A stretch of 63,854 nucleotides of DNA, the filler included, from an uncultured bacterium (GTDB lineage Bacteria; Hinthialibacterota; Hinthialibacteria; Hinthialibacterales; Hinthialibacteraceae), in NCBI GenBank assembly GCA_964449065.1. It is 4 parts of 4 records of this genome, joined end to end, with 100 filler letters (N's around TTAATTAATTAA, not from the genome) between each part and the next. Parts side by side here need not be neighbours in the genome. Positions count along the whole stretch, not along the records: positions 1 to 16,784 come from CAYVAZ010000083.1; 3 more parts are not named here. One strand, written 5' to 3'. Within the stretch, counting starts at the first letter, position 1. Every line of letters begins with the position of its first letter. Below, in pieces: positions 1 through 8,348 of the stretch. Below the pieces are notes generated by a model, which saw only the letters and a list, made by a program, of their open reading frames with translations, was not told the DNA's origin and did not search any database. Made by a program: the position numbers and the translations under genes.

Positions 1-13
1 CTACTCATTTCTT

Positions 14-113
14 TGACCCTTTCAGGGTCAGATTTTCTCTCACATTTCCAGGGGCTGCGCTTTCTTCGGTTACTCTGCCCCTGGCTATCATCTGTAACCC
101 CGTTGGTGTAAAC
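14..113. repeat. REP-like palindromic element
   Basis: Hairpins TGACCCT-ttc-AGGGTCA (14-30) and CCAGGGGC...GCCCCTGG (48-84), plus a degenerate third arm. Confidence 0.6.
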
Positions 114-177
114 AGCTTAACCGATTGCTTCGTTTGATTGCCCAGGATACGACTTCGAAAAAATCGGTTGAATCATT

Positions 178-289
178 CTAGTACAGTGTCAACGATTTAT
201 TGACGGGTATCGATCCCCCCTAGCCCCCCTTAACAAGGGGGGGGGACAACTGAAATCCAGCCGTCATTTTTAGATTGACACAATACTAG
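178..289. mobile_element. MITE-like element with CTAG-bounded terminal inverted repeats
   Basis: Left CTAGTAcaGTGTCAA...TGACGG versus reverse complement of right end CTAGTAttGTGTCAA...TGACGG; contains a CCCCCTAGCCCCCC...GGGGGG hairpin; no ORF. Confidence 0.6.
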
Positions 290-290
290 T

Positions 291-366
291 TTATGGTTCT
301 CTTCGCACCCCCTCTGTCCTCCTTGCGTTGGACATCTCTCCCAAAGGCTTTGGGGGAGACAAATGG
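291..366 (+). repeat. Dispersed ~75 bp repeat, copy 1 (copy 2 at 20708-20781)
   Basis: TTATGG(t/c)TCTCTTC..ACCCC(C)TCTGTCCTCCTT.CGT.GGACATCTC.CCCAA...TTTGGGGGAGACAA aligns by eye with 20708-20781. Confidence 0.8.
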
Positions 367-782
367 TTGTTTTTAGGTTGATTTCCTTCAGTCAATGACA
401 TTGCCCTCTAACTCCCCTCAATCTTGGGGGGAGAATATTGAGGCCTTCGAAAGACATATAAGCCACGCATCAAATATTATTTTTTTGAAAGGTATTAGTT
501 TACTTACCTTATAACTTTCTATTACAATCCATACAACATTTCAGATTTTTTGCTGACATTTTTCAGAAGAATTTATATAATTTTTATCGAATGGATTCAA
601 TACTTATGGACTAAATTTTGCATGTTATAAGGACAAAAAAAGTATGAGAAATTTGGAGTAAGAGCAATTAAATTTGAAACGAATCACGAGATACAGAACC
701 GATGGGTCTTAACCCCCTGTAATACAAAAACTTAGACATAAAAGCGTATCGGGAACGGGTTTTCGTTCTCCTTACCTCCTGT

Positions 783-834
783 ATCAGGATGCGAGATAAT
801 CCCCCTTCTTCTCTCTCACATCCTGATTTTTTTT
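783..834 (+). terminator. Intrinsic terminator-like hairpin
   Basis: ATCAGGATGcGAGA / TCTCaCATCCTGAT stem followed by a T run. Confidence 0.6.
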
Positions 835-872
835 GCTTAAAAAGCAGCAAAAACTGCCTGTTATTAAACAGG

Positions 873-906
873 AAAGCCCCGAAACAAACGGCTTCGGGGC
901 TTTTTT
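873..906 (+). terminator. Intrinsic terminator
   Basis: AAAGCCCCGAA-loop-TTCGGGGCTTTTTT. Confidence 0.7.
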
Positions 907-1175
907 GAGTAATTCATGTTTGAGTAGATAGAAAGAGATCGTCTTTGATTCCCCCTACCCAAATGTCATTGACTTAATAAAATTCCGGGCGATTTGTGTA
1001 ATAGAATAAGTGATTGCGTGCTTCACACCCCCCACTGTATCTACCCCAAACTGGGGGGGGGGAGATATTGCGAATTCAAGTTTAGTTGCTTAAATCTACA
1101 CCATTGGCCCTACCCCCCTTAATTAGGGGGGAGAAAAGCGACAGATTCTGTCTATTCAACTCTGAAACGCTCTAA

Positions 1176-1215
1176 GAGAATCAATTATTCACAGTGAGAA
1201 TCAATTATTCACAGT
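1176..1215. repeat. Perfect 20-bp tandem duplication
   Basis: GAGAATCAATTATTCACAGT x2, directly after the stop codon of 1216..1827. Confidence 0.9.
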
Positions 1216-1827
1216 TTACAATTTTGCGAGCGTTTCCCGGGCTTCTTCAACATATTTGCTTTGTGGATAGTCATTCAAAAGTTTTTGATAGGCTTCTTTT
1301 GCTTGCGTAGGGTTATCCAGATACCGGTGATAGGTGCGGGCGATCCGAATAAGGGCTGCCGGGGCTTCCGGGGCCTGTGGAAAATTGTCTATGATAATTT
1401 GAAACTCTTGAATCACTCGTTGGAACCATTCTTTTTGCAATCCGCGGCGCACGTTAAAGATTGTATGATGCTGCAAATCGCGGGCGACTTCGTATTGCTC
1501 TTTGGCGGCCAATATATCCAGTGCTGAAGGTTCATCCGATGCCACCGGGCGTTCTTCCAAGGCTTTGACTTTTTCTTCCACTTTTTGCGCTTGTTCTTGC
1601 ACGGTTTGTTCCTGCATCTGTAACTTTTTTTTCAGGCCGGAAATTTCATTTTCCTGCGTGGCTAATTTGCTTTGCAGTGATTGGATGGATTCCTGCATTT
1701 GCTGCTGGTTAGAAAGAATTTGCTGCAAGAGCGCTTCGATGTTTTTGCCGGCCCCGCTTTGTGCCAATGCTGCCGCGGCGATCAACGTACAAATGCATAC
1801 AATCGAGATAATACGTGTTTTCATCAT
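1216..1827 (-). CDS. Exported coiled-coil + TPR protein (CpoB/YbgF-like)
   Basis: Signal peptide ending ALA-Q, Gln-rich coiled coil, C-terminal TPR pair (IDNFPQAPEAPAALIRIA...LLNDYPQSKY); SD AGGAAG. Confidence 0.75.
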   Translation of the reverse strand: MMKTRIISIVCICTLIAAAALAQSGAGKNIEALLQQILSNQQQMQESIQSLQSKLATQENEISGLKKKLQMQEQTVQEQAQKVEEKVKALEERPVASDEPSALDILAAKEQYEVARDLQHHTIFNVRRGLQKEWFQRVIQEFQIIIDNFPQAPEAPAALIRIARTYHRYLDNPTQAKEAYQKLLNDYPQSKYVEEARETLAKL

Positions 1828-1863
1828 GGGTCTCTTCCTTTTCGGTTTCAGAAAAAAGAATGA

Positions 1864-2068
1864 AATGGTCCGCCTCTGCCGTGTGCGTTAATTTTTAAAG
1901 ACCTGCCTCAACAGGTGGGCTCCTACATCAGCATCAAAGACCGTCCCGAGATGGGCATGGCTAAGGTTGCCAAGCAAGGATCCCAATTTAATGGTATAGC
2001 CTTAAAAATTAAGTGCGCATCACGCGCAGCGCAGAGTCTCATTCCATTCTTTCGTTTAGGCGATTCGC
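1864..2068 (-). ncRNA. ssrS: 6S RNA
   Basis: ~185-200 nt rod. Closing stems CTCTGC/GCAGAG and TTAATTTTTAAG/TTTAAAAATTAA, a central bubble, and 3' GAGCCCACCTG..CAGGT..CACACGGC resembling 6S RNA motifs; has its own sigma70 promoter. Confidence 0.75.
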
Positions 2069-2074
2069 AGGTTT

Positions 2075-2103
2075 ATTGTACTCACACCTTATGCCGGATT
2101 CAA
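2075..2103 (-). promoter_or_regulatory. Sigma70 promoter for the 6S RNA
   Basis: TTGAAT-17 bp-TACAAT on the minus strand. Confidence 0.75.
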
Positions 2104-2168
2104 TTGCTTTTTACCGGTTTCTTTCTTTCACCTTGATCCTATCCCCATCCCTTATCACAATCCTATCC

Positions 2169-3071
2169 ATGATGAAACAGCAGCGTTTATTTGTACCTAC
2201 CCTGTGCGCATTGTTGGCGGTCGTCGTGTTCTCGACTTCCGGTTTGTGCATCAAAGCGATTCCATTGGAATCGCTTTCGATATCGTTATTGCGGTCGGCC
2301 ATGGCTGTGGTTTTCTTTTCGCTGTATTTTCTGGTGCAAGGCCGATTCACAGAAGCCTTTCGCATTCGTCCCTTGGGGTGGGTCATCGCGGTGGCATACA
2401 CGGTGACCCTGACGCTGTTTTGCGTCTCGATGAAATTGACCACGGCCGCCAATACTATTTTTTTGCAGTACACCATGCCCGCTTGGGTGTTGATTGGCGG
2501 GGCGATTTGGCTGAAAGAGCGGGTAACCGTCAGCCGGGTTCTATCCATACTGGTGTGTTTGGCGGGGATGCTGTTGTTTTTTCAAGGAGAAATTCAAGCC
2601 CATGACTGGTATGGCAATCTCACCGCCCTGCTATCCGGCTTTAGTTTCGCCGTGATGACACTGTGCCTGCGGGTAGAGCGGGAGCAAAATCCGCTTTCCA
2701 CTATCTTGCTTGGAAACATACTCACGGTGGCGACGAATGTTCCCTTGGTGTTGTGGTTGTATCCGGAGCAATTCCCATTGATATTCGAATCATCGTGGCC
2801 GGCATGGGGAGCGATTGTATGGCTGGGATGTTTTCAAATCGGCGTGGCGTATATTTTATTTACCACCGCGTTGCGTTGGCTTCCCGCGATAGAAGTGGCG
2901 ATCCTTTCCTTGCTGGAACCGGTATTAAACCCGTTTTTGGTATTGATCTTTTTAGGCGAAGTTCCTAGCAATTGGGCCATCTCCGGGGGAATCGTCATCA
3001 TGCTGTCGGTTTTGATTCGGGCCTTTAGCATAACAGAACGCAAAGCAAAGGAAGCGGTGGAACCAGTATGA
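2169..3071 (+). CDS. EamA/DMT family transporter
   Basis: About 10 TM helices with motifs WLKERV and LLEPV; start set at ATG 2169 because the upstream extension overlaps the 6S RNA. Confidence 0.85.
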   Translation: MMKQQRLFVPTLCALLAVVVFSTSGLCIKAIPLESLSISLLRSAMAVVFFSLYFLVQGRFTEAFRIRPLGWVIAVAYTVTLTLFCVSMKLTTAANTIFLQYTMPAWVLIGGAIWLKERVTVSRVLSILVCLAGMLLFFQGEIQAHDWYGNLTALLSGFSFAVMTLCLRVEREQNPLSTILLGNILTVATNVPLVLWLYPEQFPLIFESSWPAWGAIVWLGCFQIGVAYILFTTALRWLPAIEVAILSLLEPVLNPFLVLIFLGEVPSNWAISGGIVIMLSVLIRAFSITERKAKEAVEPV

Positions 3072-3898
3072 TTGAAACTTTGCGGCATGATTTTGTGACG
3101 TATCGTGAATTGGTTAAGCAACTCGCGCTGCGGGATTTAAAATCGCGGTATAAGGTCTCTGTGTTGGGCTTTTTTTGGAGCCTGCTGCGGCCGCTGTTAA
3201 CCATCGCCGTGCTGGCAGCCGTGTTTTCGTTAGTGGGAATTCCCAGTGAAATTTATGATGTTCCATACTGGGTGGTACTGACCATCGCGTATGTTCCCTG
3301 GTTTTATTTTTCCACCGCGATACTGGAGGGAACGCAATCGCTGGTCGCCAACGCGCATTTGGTCAAGAAGGTATACAGTCCACGCGCGGTGTATCCATCC
3401 GCGGTCGTGTTATCCAATCTGATCAATTTTTTACTCTCATTAATGGTGTTAGTTCCATTGATTTATTTGCTTTCAGATGCCGAATTGAGTTTAAGCTTGC
3501 TCATGCTGCCGTTGGTTATTGGATTTCATACACTCTTTTTGTTGGGGCTTTGCTATCTATTTGCGACGACAAATGTATTGTATCGAGATACCACCCAGAT
3601 CAATGAGTTTTTGGTGTTTGTGTGGTTTTATGTGTCACCGGTGTTGTATGATATGTATATTGTTCGAGACCGTTTAGCGGAGAAGTTCCAGTGGCTGTAT
3701 CTAGCCAATCCGATGGTGGGGATTATAGAGTGGTACCGCTATTGTTTGCTTTCTTCGCTGCAACTGGATCATCCATGGTATGAGCAAACGGTGATGATGA
3801 AAGGGATCCCCTATTCAGCAGCGGTTTGCGTTATCGTGTTTTTTGGGGGATATGTTTATCTAAAAAAACTGGAAACGCGGGCGGTGGATCAGCTGTAA
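3068..3898 (+). CDS. ABC-2 polysaccharide export permease (Wzm/TagG-like)
   Basis: LALRDLKSRYKVSVLGFFWSLLRPL, LVKKVYSP, YRD, SPVLY and NPM motifs. Confidence 0.9.
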   Translation: MIETLRHDFVTYRELVKQLALRDLKSRYKVSVLGFFWSLLRPLLTIAVLAAVFSLVGIPSEIYDVPYWVVLTIAYVPWFYFSTAILEGTQSLVANAHLVKKVYSPRAVYPSAVVLSNLINFLLSLMVLVPLIYLLSDAELSLSLLMLPLVIGFHTLFLLGLCYLFATTNVLYRDTTQINEFLVFVWFYVSPVLYDMYIVRDRLAEKFQWLYLANPMVGIIEWYRYCLLSSLQLDHPWYEQTVMMKGIPYSAAVCVIVFFGGYVYLKKLETRAVDQL

Positions 3899-4009
3899 CT
3901 ACGCATTTCAGCTTGCCTTCAACAATTTAGCGTTGCGATAGCCATTTCTCGTTCACATTTTGCCGGATTCAAAGTACTGTAGAAGTATTCCATATCGCAG
4001 GAGGAGTTC

Positions 4010-5425
4010 ATGATGTCAACCAACCGCAGAACATTTCTACAAACAACGACTGCCGCGGCAGGGTCCCTGGCTCTGGGTTCGCACAGACCGGGCAAAATCG
4101 CACAGGCTCAAGAATCAAAAAAACGCCCGAACATTCTCTTCTTTTTTCCGGACCAGCACCGCTTTGATTGGGTAGGAACAAGTTCCGGTATTCCTGTGCC
4201 GACGCCTCACTTCAATCAACTGGCCAAAGATGGGGTGTTATTTACCAACACCTATTGTCCTTCTCCGCTATGTGCGCCGTCACGGGCTTGTTTGGCAGCA
4301 GGGAAAGAGTATCACCGGGCACGGGTACGCGATAACGGCATCGATTACCCCATCGATCAACGCACCTTCTACACCATGCTGCGGGAGTCGGGCTATCACG
4401 TGATGGGCTGCGGCAAGTTTGATCTTCATAAAGCGTCTCCAATTTGGGGTATCGAAGGCACAACCCTGACGCAGGAATGGGGATTCTCGGACGCGATAGA
4501 CAATGCGGGCAAATGGGACGCCTATAACAGCGGGAAAACCGAACCGAACGATCCGTATATGCACTATCTGTATCAACACGAACTGGCTGAAGTGCATTTG
4601 AACGATCTGAAAAAGCGGCGGGGGAAGTCGTTTGAAGCGACGTTCTCAACTGATTTGCCGGATCATGCCTACTGCGACAATTGGATTGCGGAAAAAGGGC
4701 TGGAGCTCATCAGGCGTTCTCCCGAAGACAAACCGTGGTTCATTCAAGTCAACTTTGCCGGCCCTCATGATCCGATGGATATCACACACCGCATGGAAAA
4801 ACACTGCCGTGATCATGACTATCCCCAACCCAACCGCAATACGCAGTTTGATGAGAAAACCCACAATGCCATCCGGCAAAATTACTCGGCGATGGTGACC
4901 AACATTGACCGCTGGCTGGGTGTGTATATTGAAGAACTAAAAAAACGCGGTGAATTAGAAAACACCATCATCGTCTATAGCAGCGATCATGGGGAGATGT
5001 TGGGGGATCACAATCTTTGGTCAAAAACCAAACCGCATCAGCCTTCGGTCGGGGTTCCACTGGCGATGGCGGGGCCAGGGATCAAACCGGGGATCCAAAC
5101 GGATGCTTTGGTGAGCCTCATTGATCTTACGGCTACCTATTTGGATTACGCTGATCTTGAAATCCCCAATGATATGGATGGGATATCCTTACGCGATCTG
5201 CTATCCGGACAAACAAGCAAACACCGGGATGTCCTGTATTCCGCCCTACGGGGTTGGCGCTGCGCGTACGACGGGCAGTATAAAGTGGTAGAGGGATACT
5301 ATCCGGGAGACAAGCCCTGGTTGTTTGATCTGTCGGACGATCCGCTTGAAAACCATAACATCGCGGATAAAGCGGAGAATCATGTCAACCGGTTAATCAA
5401 AGCGATGGATTCAATGAGGGCATAG
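4010..5425 (+). CDS. Sulfatase with Tat signal
   Basis: NRRTFL Tat motif; PNILFFFPDQ; CAPSR (CxPxR); SDHGEMLGDH; SD AGGAGG. Confidence 0.92.
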   Translation: MMSTNRRTFLQTTTAAAGSLALGSHRPGKIAQAQESKKRPNILFFFPDQHRFDWVGTSSGIPVPTPHFNQLAKDGVLFTNTYCPSPLCAPSRACLAAGKEYHRARVRDNGIDYPIDQRTFYTMLRESGYHVMGCGKFDLHKASPIWGIEGTTLTQEWGFSDAIDNAGKWDAYNSGKTEPNDPYMHYLYQHELAEVHLNDLKKRRGKSFEATFSTDLPDHAYCDNWIAEKGLELIRRSPEDKPWFIQVNFAGPHDPMDITHRMEKHCRDHDYPQPNRNTQFDEKTHNAIRQNYSAMVTNIDRWLGVYIEELKKRGELENTIIVYSSDHGEMLGDHNLWSKTKPHQPSVGVPLAMAGPGIKPGIQTDALVSLIDLTATYLDYADLEIPNDMDGISLRDLLSGQTSKHRDVLYSALRGWRCAYDGQYKVVEGYYPGDKPWLFDLSDDPLENHNIADKAENHVNRLIKAMDSMRA

Positions 5426-5428
5426 TGT

Positions 5429-6133
5429 ATGAGTAAAAAAGTCATCATCACCGGAGCATCCAAAGGCATCGGCAAAGGCATAGCGGATGTGTTTGCCGAA
5501 AAAGGATATCACCTGGGTTTAATCGCCCGTTCCTCTGATTTGTTGGAAGATATGCGGTATAAGATTATCTCCAACGGAGGGGTTTGCCATGTTTCGAATT
5601 GTGATTTACGTGACCAAGAACATGTCACATTGGCCGTGCAAAAGCAAATCGAATTGCTGGGTGGAGTAGACGCGCTCATAAACAACGCAGGACAAATCAT
5701 CCGCAAAAGTGTACTGGATATCTCACTCGACGAATGGCACGCGATGATGGATACCAACGTCAACGGGGTGTTTTATACCACCCGTGCTGTACTTCCTACA
5801 ATGAAAGAACAAGGCAGCGGGCATATTATCAATATATCCTCCATCTCCGGGAAACTGCCGCTGCCCGGCGGCAGCGGATATGCCGCATCAAAATACGCGG
5901 TCACCGGTTTTTCGGAATCGCTGTTTCAAGAGGTGCGCCAGTGGGGGATTAAAGTTACAACCGTGTTCCCCGGCTCGGTCGATAGCGCTTCACACCGCCA
6001 TAACCCGAAAGAAGATCATTCCTGGAAAGTACGGCCGGAAGATGTGGGGATAGCGTGTCATGATATTCTATCCGCGCGGGGGAATACATTGATCAGCCAG
6101 TTGGAAATTCGGCCAAGTAAAAAGCCGGGGTGA
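5429..6133 (+). CDS. SDR family oxidoreductase
   Basis: TGASKGIG, NNAG, YAASK. Confidence 0.92.
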   Translation: MSKKVIITGASKGIGKGIADVFAEKGYHLGLIARSSDLLEDMRYKIISNGGVCHVSNCDLRDQEHVTLAVQKQIELLGGVDALINNAGQIIRKSVLDISLDEWHAMMDTNVNGVFYTTRAVLPTMKEQGSGHIINISSISGKLPLPGGSGYAASKYAVTGFSESLFQEVRQWGIKVTTVFPGSVDSASHRHNPKEDHSWKVRPEDVGIACHDILSARGNTLISQLEIRPSKKPG

Positions 6134-6135
6134 TC

Positions 6136-6621
6136 ATGAAACCTACCATCTATATTGAAACCAGTGTAATCAGTTATCTCGTCGCCAAGCCCAGCCGCGA
6201 TATTGTGGTAGCCGCCAATCAGCAAGTCACCCGTGANNNNNNNNNNNNNNNNNNNNNNNNNNNNNNNNNNNNNNNNNNNNNNNNNNNNNNNNNNNNNNNN
6301 NNNNNNNNNNNNNNNNNNNNNNNNNNNNNNNNNNNNTTCGCCATTTTAGAGATGAATTCTGACATTCAAACTTTTGCGGATTATTTAATTCAATCCACTT
6401 CGCTTACATTAAAAGCGGAACGGGATGCATTTCACATCGCATTTGCAACTCACTACAATATCGATTATCTAGCAACTTGGAATTGTACTCATATTGCCAA
6501 TGCACATATTCGCAAAGAAATTACTGGAAAATGCGTAAGGTACGGATATACTATGCCTACAATATGTACTCCACTGGAATTATTAGGAGGAGAAGATCAT
6601 GTGGAAAGACCCAATAGTTGA
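6136..6621 (+). CDS. PIN-domain (VapC-like) toxin, interrupted by scaffold gap 6237-6336
   Basis: IYIETSVISY...DAFHIAFA...DYLATWNCTHIAN...PTICTPLEL. Confidence 0.8.
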   Translation: MKPTIYIETSVISYLVAKPSRDIVVAANQQVTRXXXXXXXXXXXXXXXXXXXXXXXXXXXXXXXXXXFAILEMNSDIQTFADYLIQSTSLTLKAERDAFHIAFATHYNIDYLATWNCTHIANAHIRKEITGKCVRYGYTMPTICTPLELLGGEDHVERPNS

Positions 6622-6775
6622 AGAAATACGCAAACATAGTGAAGAGTATTTTGCATCTTTTAACCATGATTTAGATGCCATTTATAAAGATATAAAAAAA
6701 CGGGAAGAAAAGTTAAAAAACGAGGGCTGGAAATTTGTTACCCCCGCTGAGATGCAGGCACGAAATCAAGAATAA
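6599..6775 (+). CDS. 58-aa putative antitoxin partner of the PIN toxin (not in the ORF track)
   Basis: SD AGGAGG at 6585-6590; MWKDPIVEEIRKHSEEYFASFNHDLDAIYKDIKKREEKLKNEGWKFVTPAEMQARNQE; overlaps the PIN 3' end. Confidence 0.7.
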   Translation: MWKDPIVEEIRKHSEEYFASFNHDLDAIYKDIKKREEKLKNEGWKFVTPAEMQARNQE

Positions 6776-6790
6776 TACTTCTAACATCCC

Positions 6791-8206
6791 TTACTTTTTC
6801 CCCACAACGATCAAACTGTTGTGAGAGTGGAAGGGGATGTGCTCCACCATCTTGGCGATGGGGAGGAGCCATTCGAACATGGTCATTTGATTGGCTGAGA
6901 GCGTTTTTCTACCTAATAGTTTACCGGACACACGCCAGCCGAATCCACCGAAGCGGTTGAAGCCTTTGCACTCCAATACCTTAAACCCCGCTTCTTCCAT
7001 CTTGGCCGTGAGTTCTTCTTTGGTATACCGCCGGTAATGGCCTAACGTTTTGTCGACTTCGGTATAGTTGGATGGATCATTCGGGACCAAGATGATTGCC
7101 GTGCCTCCCGGTTTTAACACCGAATGGAAATTCTTCATGGTTTCCACATCCTGTTCGATGTGTTCAACTACGTTGATGCAGAACACGCTATCAAAGTTGC
7201 CGTCCGCGGCTGCTTTTTGCAGGTCTTCCCTGCTGGATAGGTCGGCGTGTGAAATCGAAAAGTTATCCAAATTTCCGAAGGATTGTTTTAACCGTTCGAT
7301 ATAAATATTATCCAAATCCACACACTTGAGGCGGCGTTTGTGCAATACCAATTCTGTAAGATTGCCAATACCGCTGCCTGCTTCCAGCACTTCATCGCCC
7401 AAGTAGTTTTCAAACTGAGAGAACAGCCAACGGTTGAATCTTTTGGCGCGGCGGACAGCCTGCAAGATGGCAAAACCGTCGTGGTTGGTGTATTCCCGGT
7501 CAAAAAAACGGTAGCGGAAAATAGCCATCATGGCATAATACGCGTCCAATGCGCCGATTTTTTTTCCTTCCGCATACGTTCGGCCCTGATACGAGATCGG
7601 CACTTCGTAGATTCGGGCTCCCCACGCCGCCAATTTGATGGTGAGTTCGGGCTCCAGATCAAATCCTTTGCTTTGGATGATCAGGCTTTTTAATATTTGC
7701 GTCCGGATCAGTTTGTAGCAGGTTTCCATATCGGTGAGGTTCAGGTCGTTCAACACATTGGTCGTCAATGTAAGGATATTGTTGGCCATGGTGTGCCAAA
7801 AGAACATCGCCCGGCGGTATTCGCCGGTCAAAAAGCGGGACCCGAATACGGCATCGGCGATGCCCAATTCCACCGGTTTTAACAGTTTTTCATAATCATT
7901 GGGGTCGTATTCCAAATCGGCATCTTGGATGATCGCCCAATCGCCGGTGATGTGTTTGATGCCGGTACGCACCGCTTCGCCTTTGCCGCCGTTGTGTTCG
8001 TGAAAGATATAGCGGATGCAATCGTGATCGCGGGCAAATTCCTGAATCAGTTCCCGGCTTCCGTCTTTGGAACCATCATCTACAATGACCAATTCACGTT
8101 CGCAGGGCAAGGGGGCGTTCAACACCTTATTGAGCAAGGTCCGCAGCGTGCGGATCTCGTTATACACCGGTATGATAATACTGAGTTTGTTGATGGATGA
8201 AGACAT
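6791..8206 (-). CDS. GT2 (DPM1-like) glycosyltransferase fused to a class I SAM methyltransferase
   Basis: SIIIPVYNE, VDDGSKDG, QDADLEYDP, TDMETCYK; C-terminal VLEAGSGIG, NVVEHIE, GHYRRY. Confidence 0.9.
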   Translation of the reverse strand: MSSSINKLSIIIPVYNEIRTLRTLLNKVLNAPLPCERELVIVDDGSKDGSRELIQEFARDHDCIRYIFHEHNGGKGEAVRTGIKHITGDWAIIQDADLEYDPNDYEKLLKPVELGIADAVFGSRFLTGEYRRAMFFWHTMANNILTLTTNVLNDLNLTDMETCYKLIRTQILKSLIIQSKGFDLEPELTIKLAAWGARIYEVPISYQGRTYAEGKKIGALDAYYAMMAIFRYRFFDREYTNHDGFAILQAVRRAKRFNRWLFSQFENYLGDEVLEAGSGIGNLTELVLHKRRLKCVDLDNIYIERLKQSFGNLDNFSISHADLSSREDLQKAAADGNFDSVFCINVVEHIEQDVETMKNFHSVLKPGGTAIILVPNDPSNYTEVDKTLGHYRRYTKEELTAKMEEAGFKVLECKGFNRFGGFGWRVSGKLLGRKTLSANQMTMFEWLLPIAKMVEHIPFHSHNSLIVVGKK

Positions 8207-8348
8207 AATTGTCAAAAAGCCATTGTTCCATTAATCTTGAGTATCAAGAGACGAATTGTAACCTCTTTTCTAAAAATACGGGACACCCGTAAACCCTGAA
8301 GTGTGAAATGGTAAAGAACCATCAGAAATGTGATACTGCGATTCATTT

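Noticed and set aside
2013..2168. N-terminal extension of the EamA ORF
   Set aside because: It overlaps the 6S RNA and its promoter on the opposite strand; ATG 2169 gives a normal length
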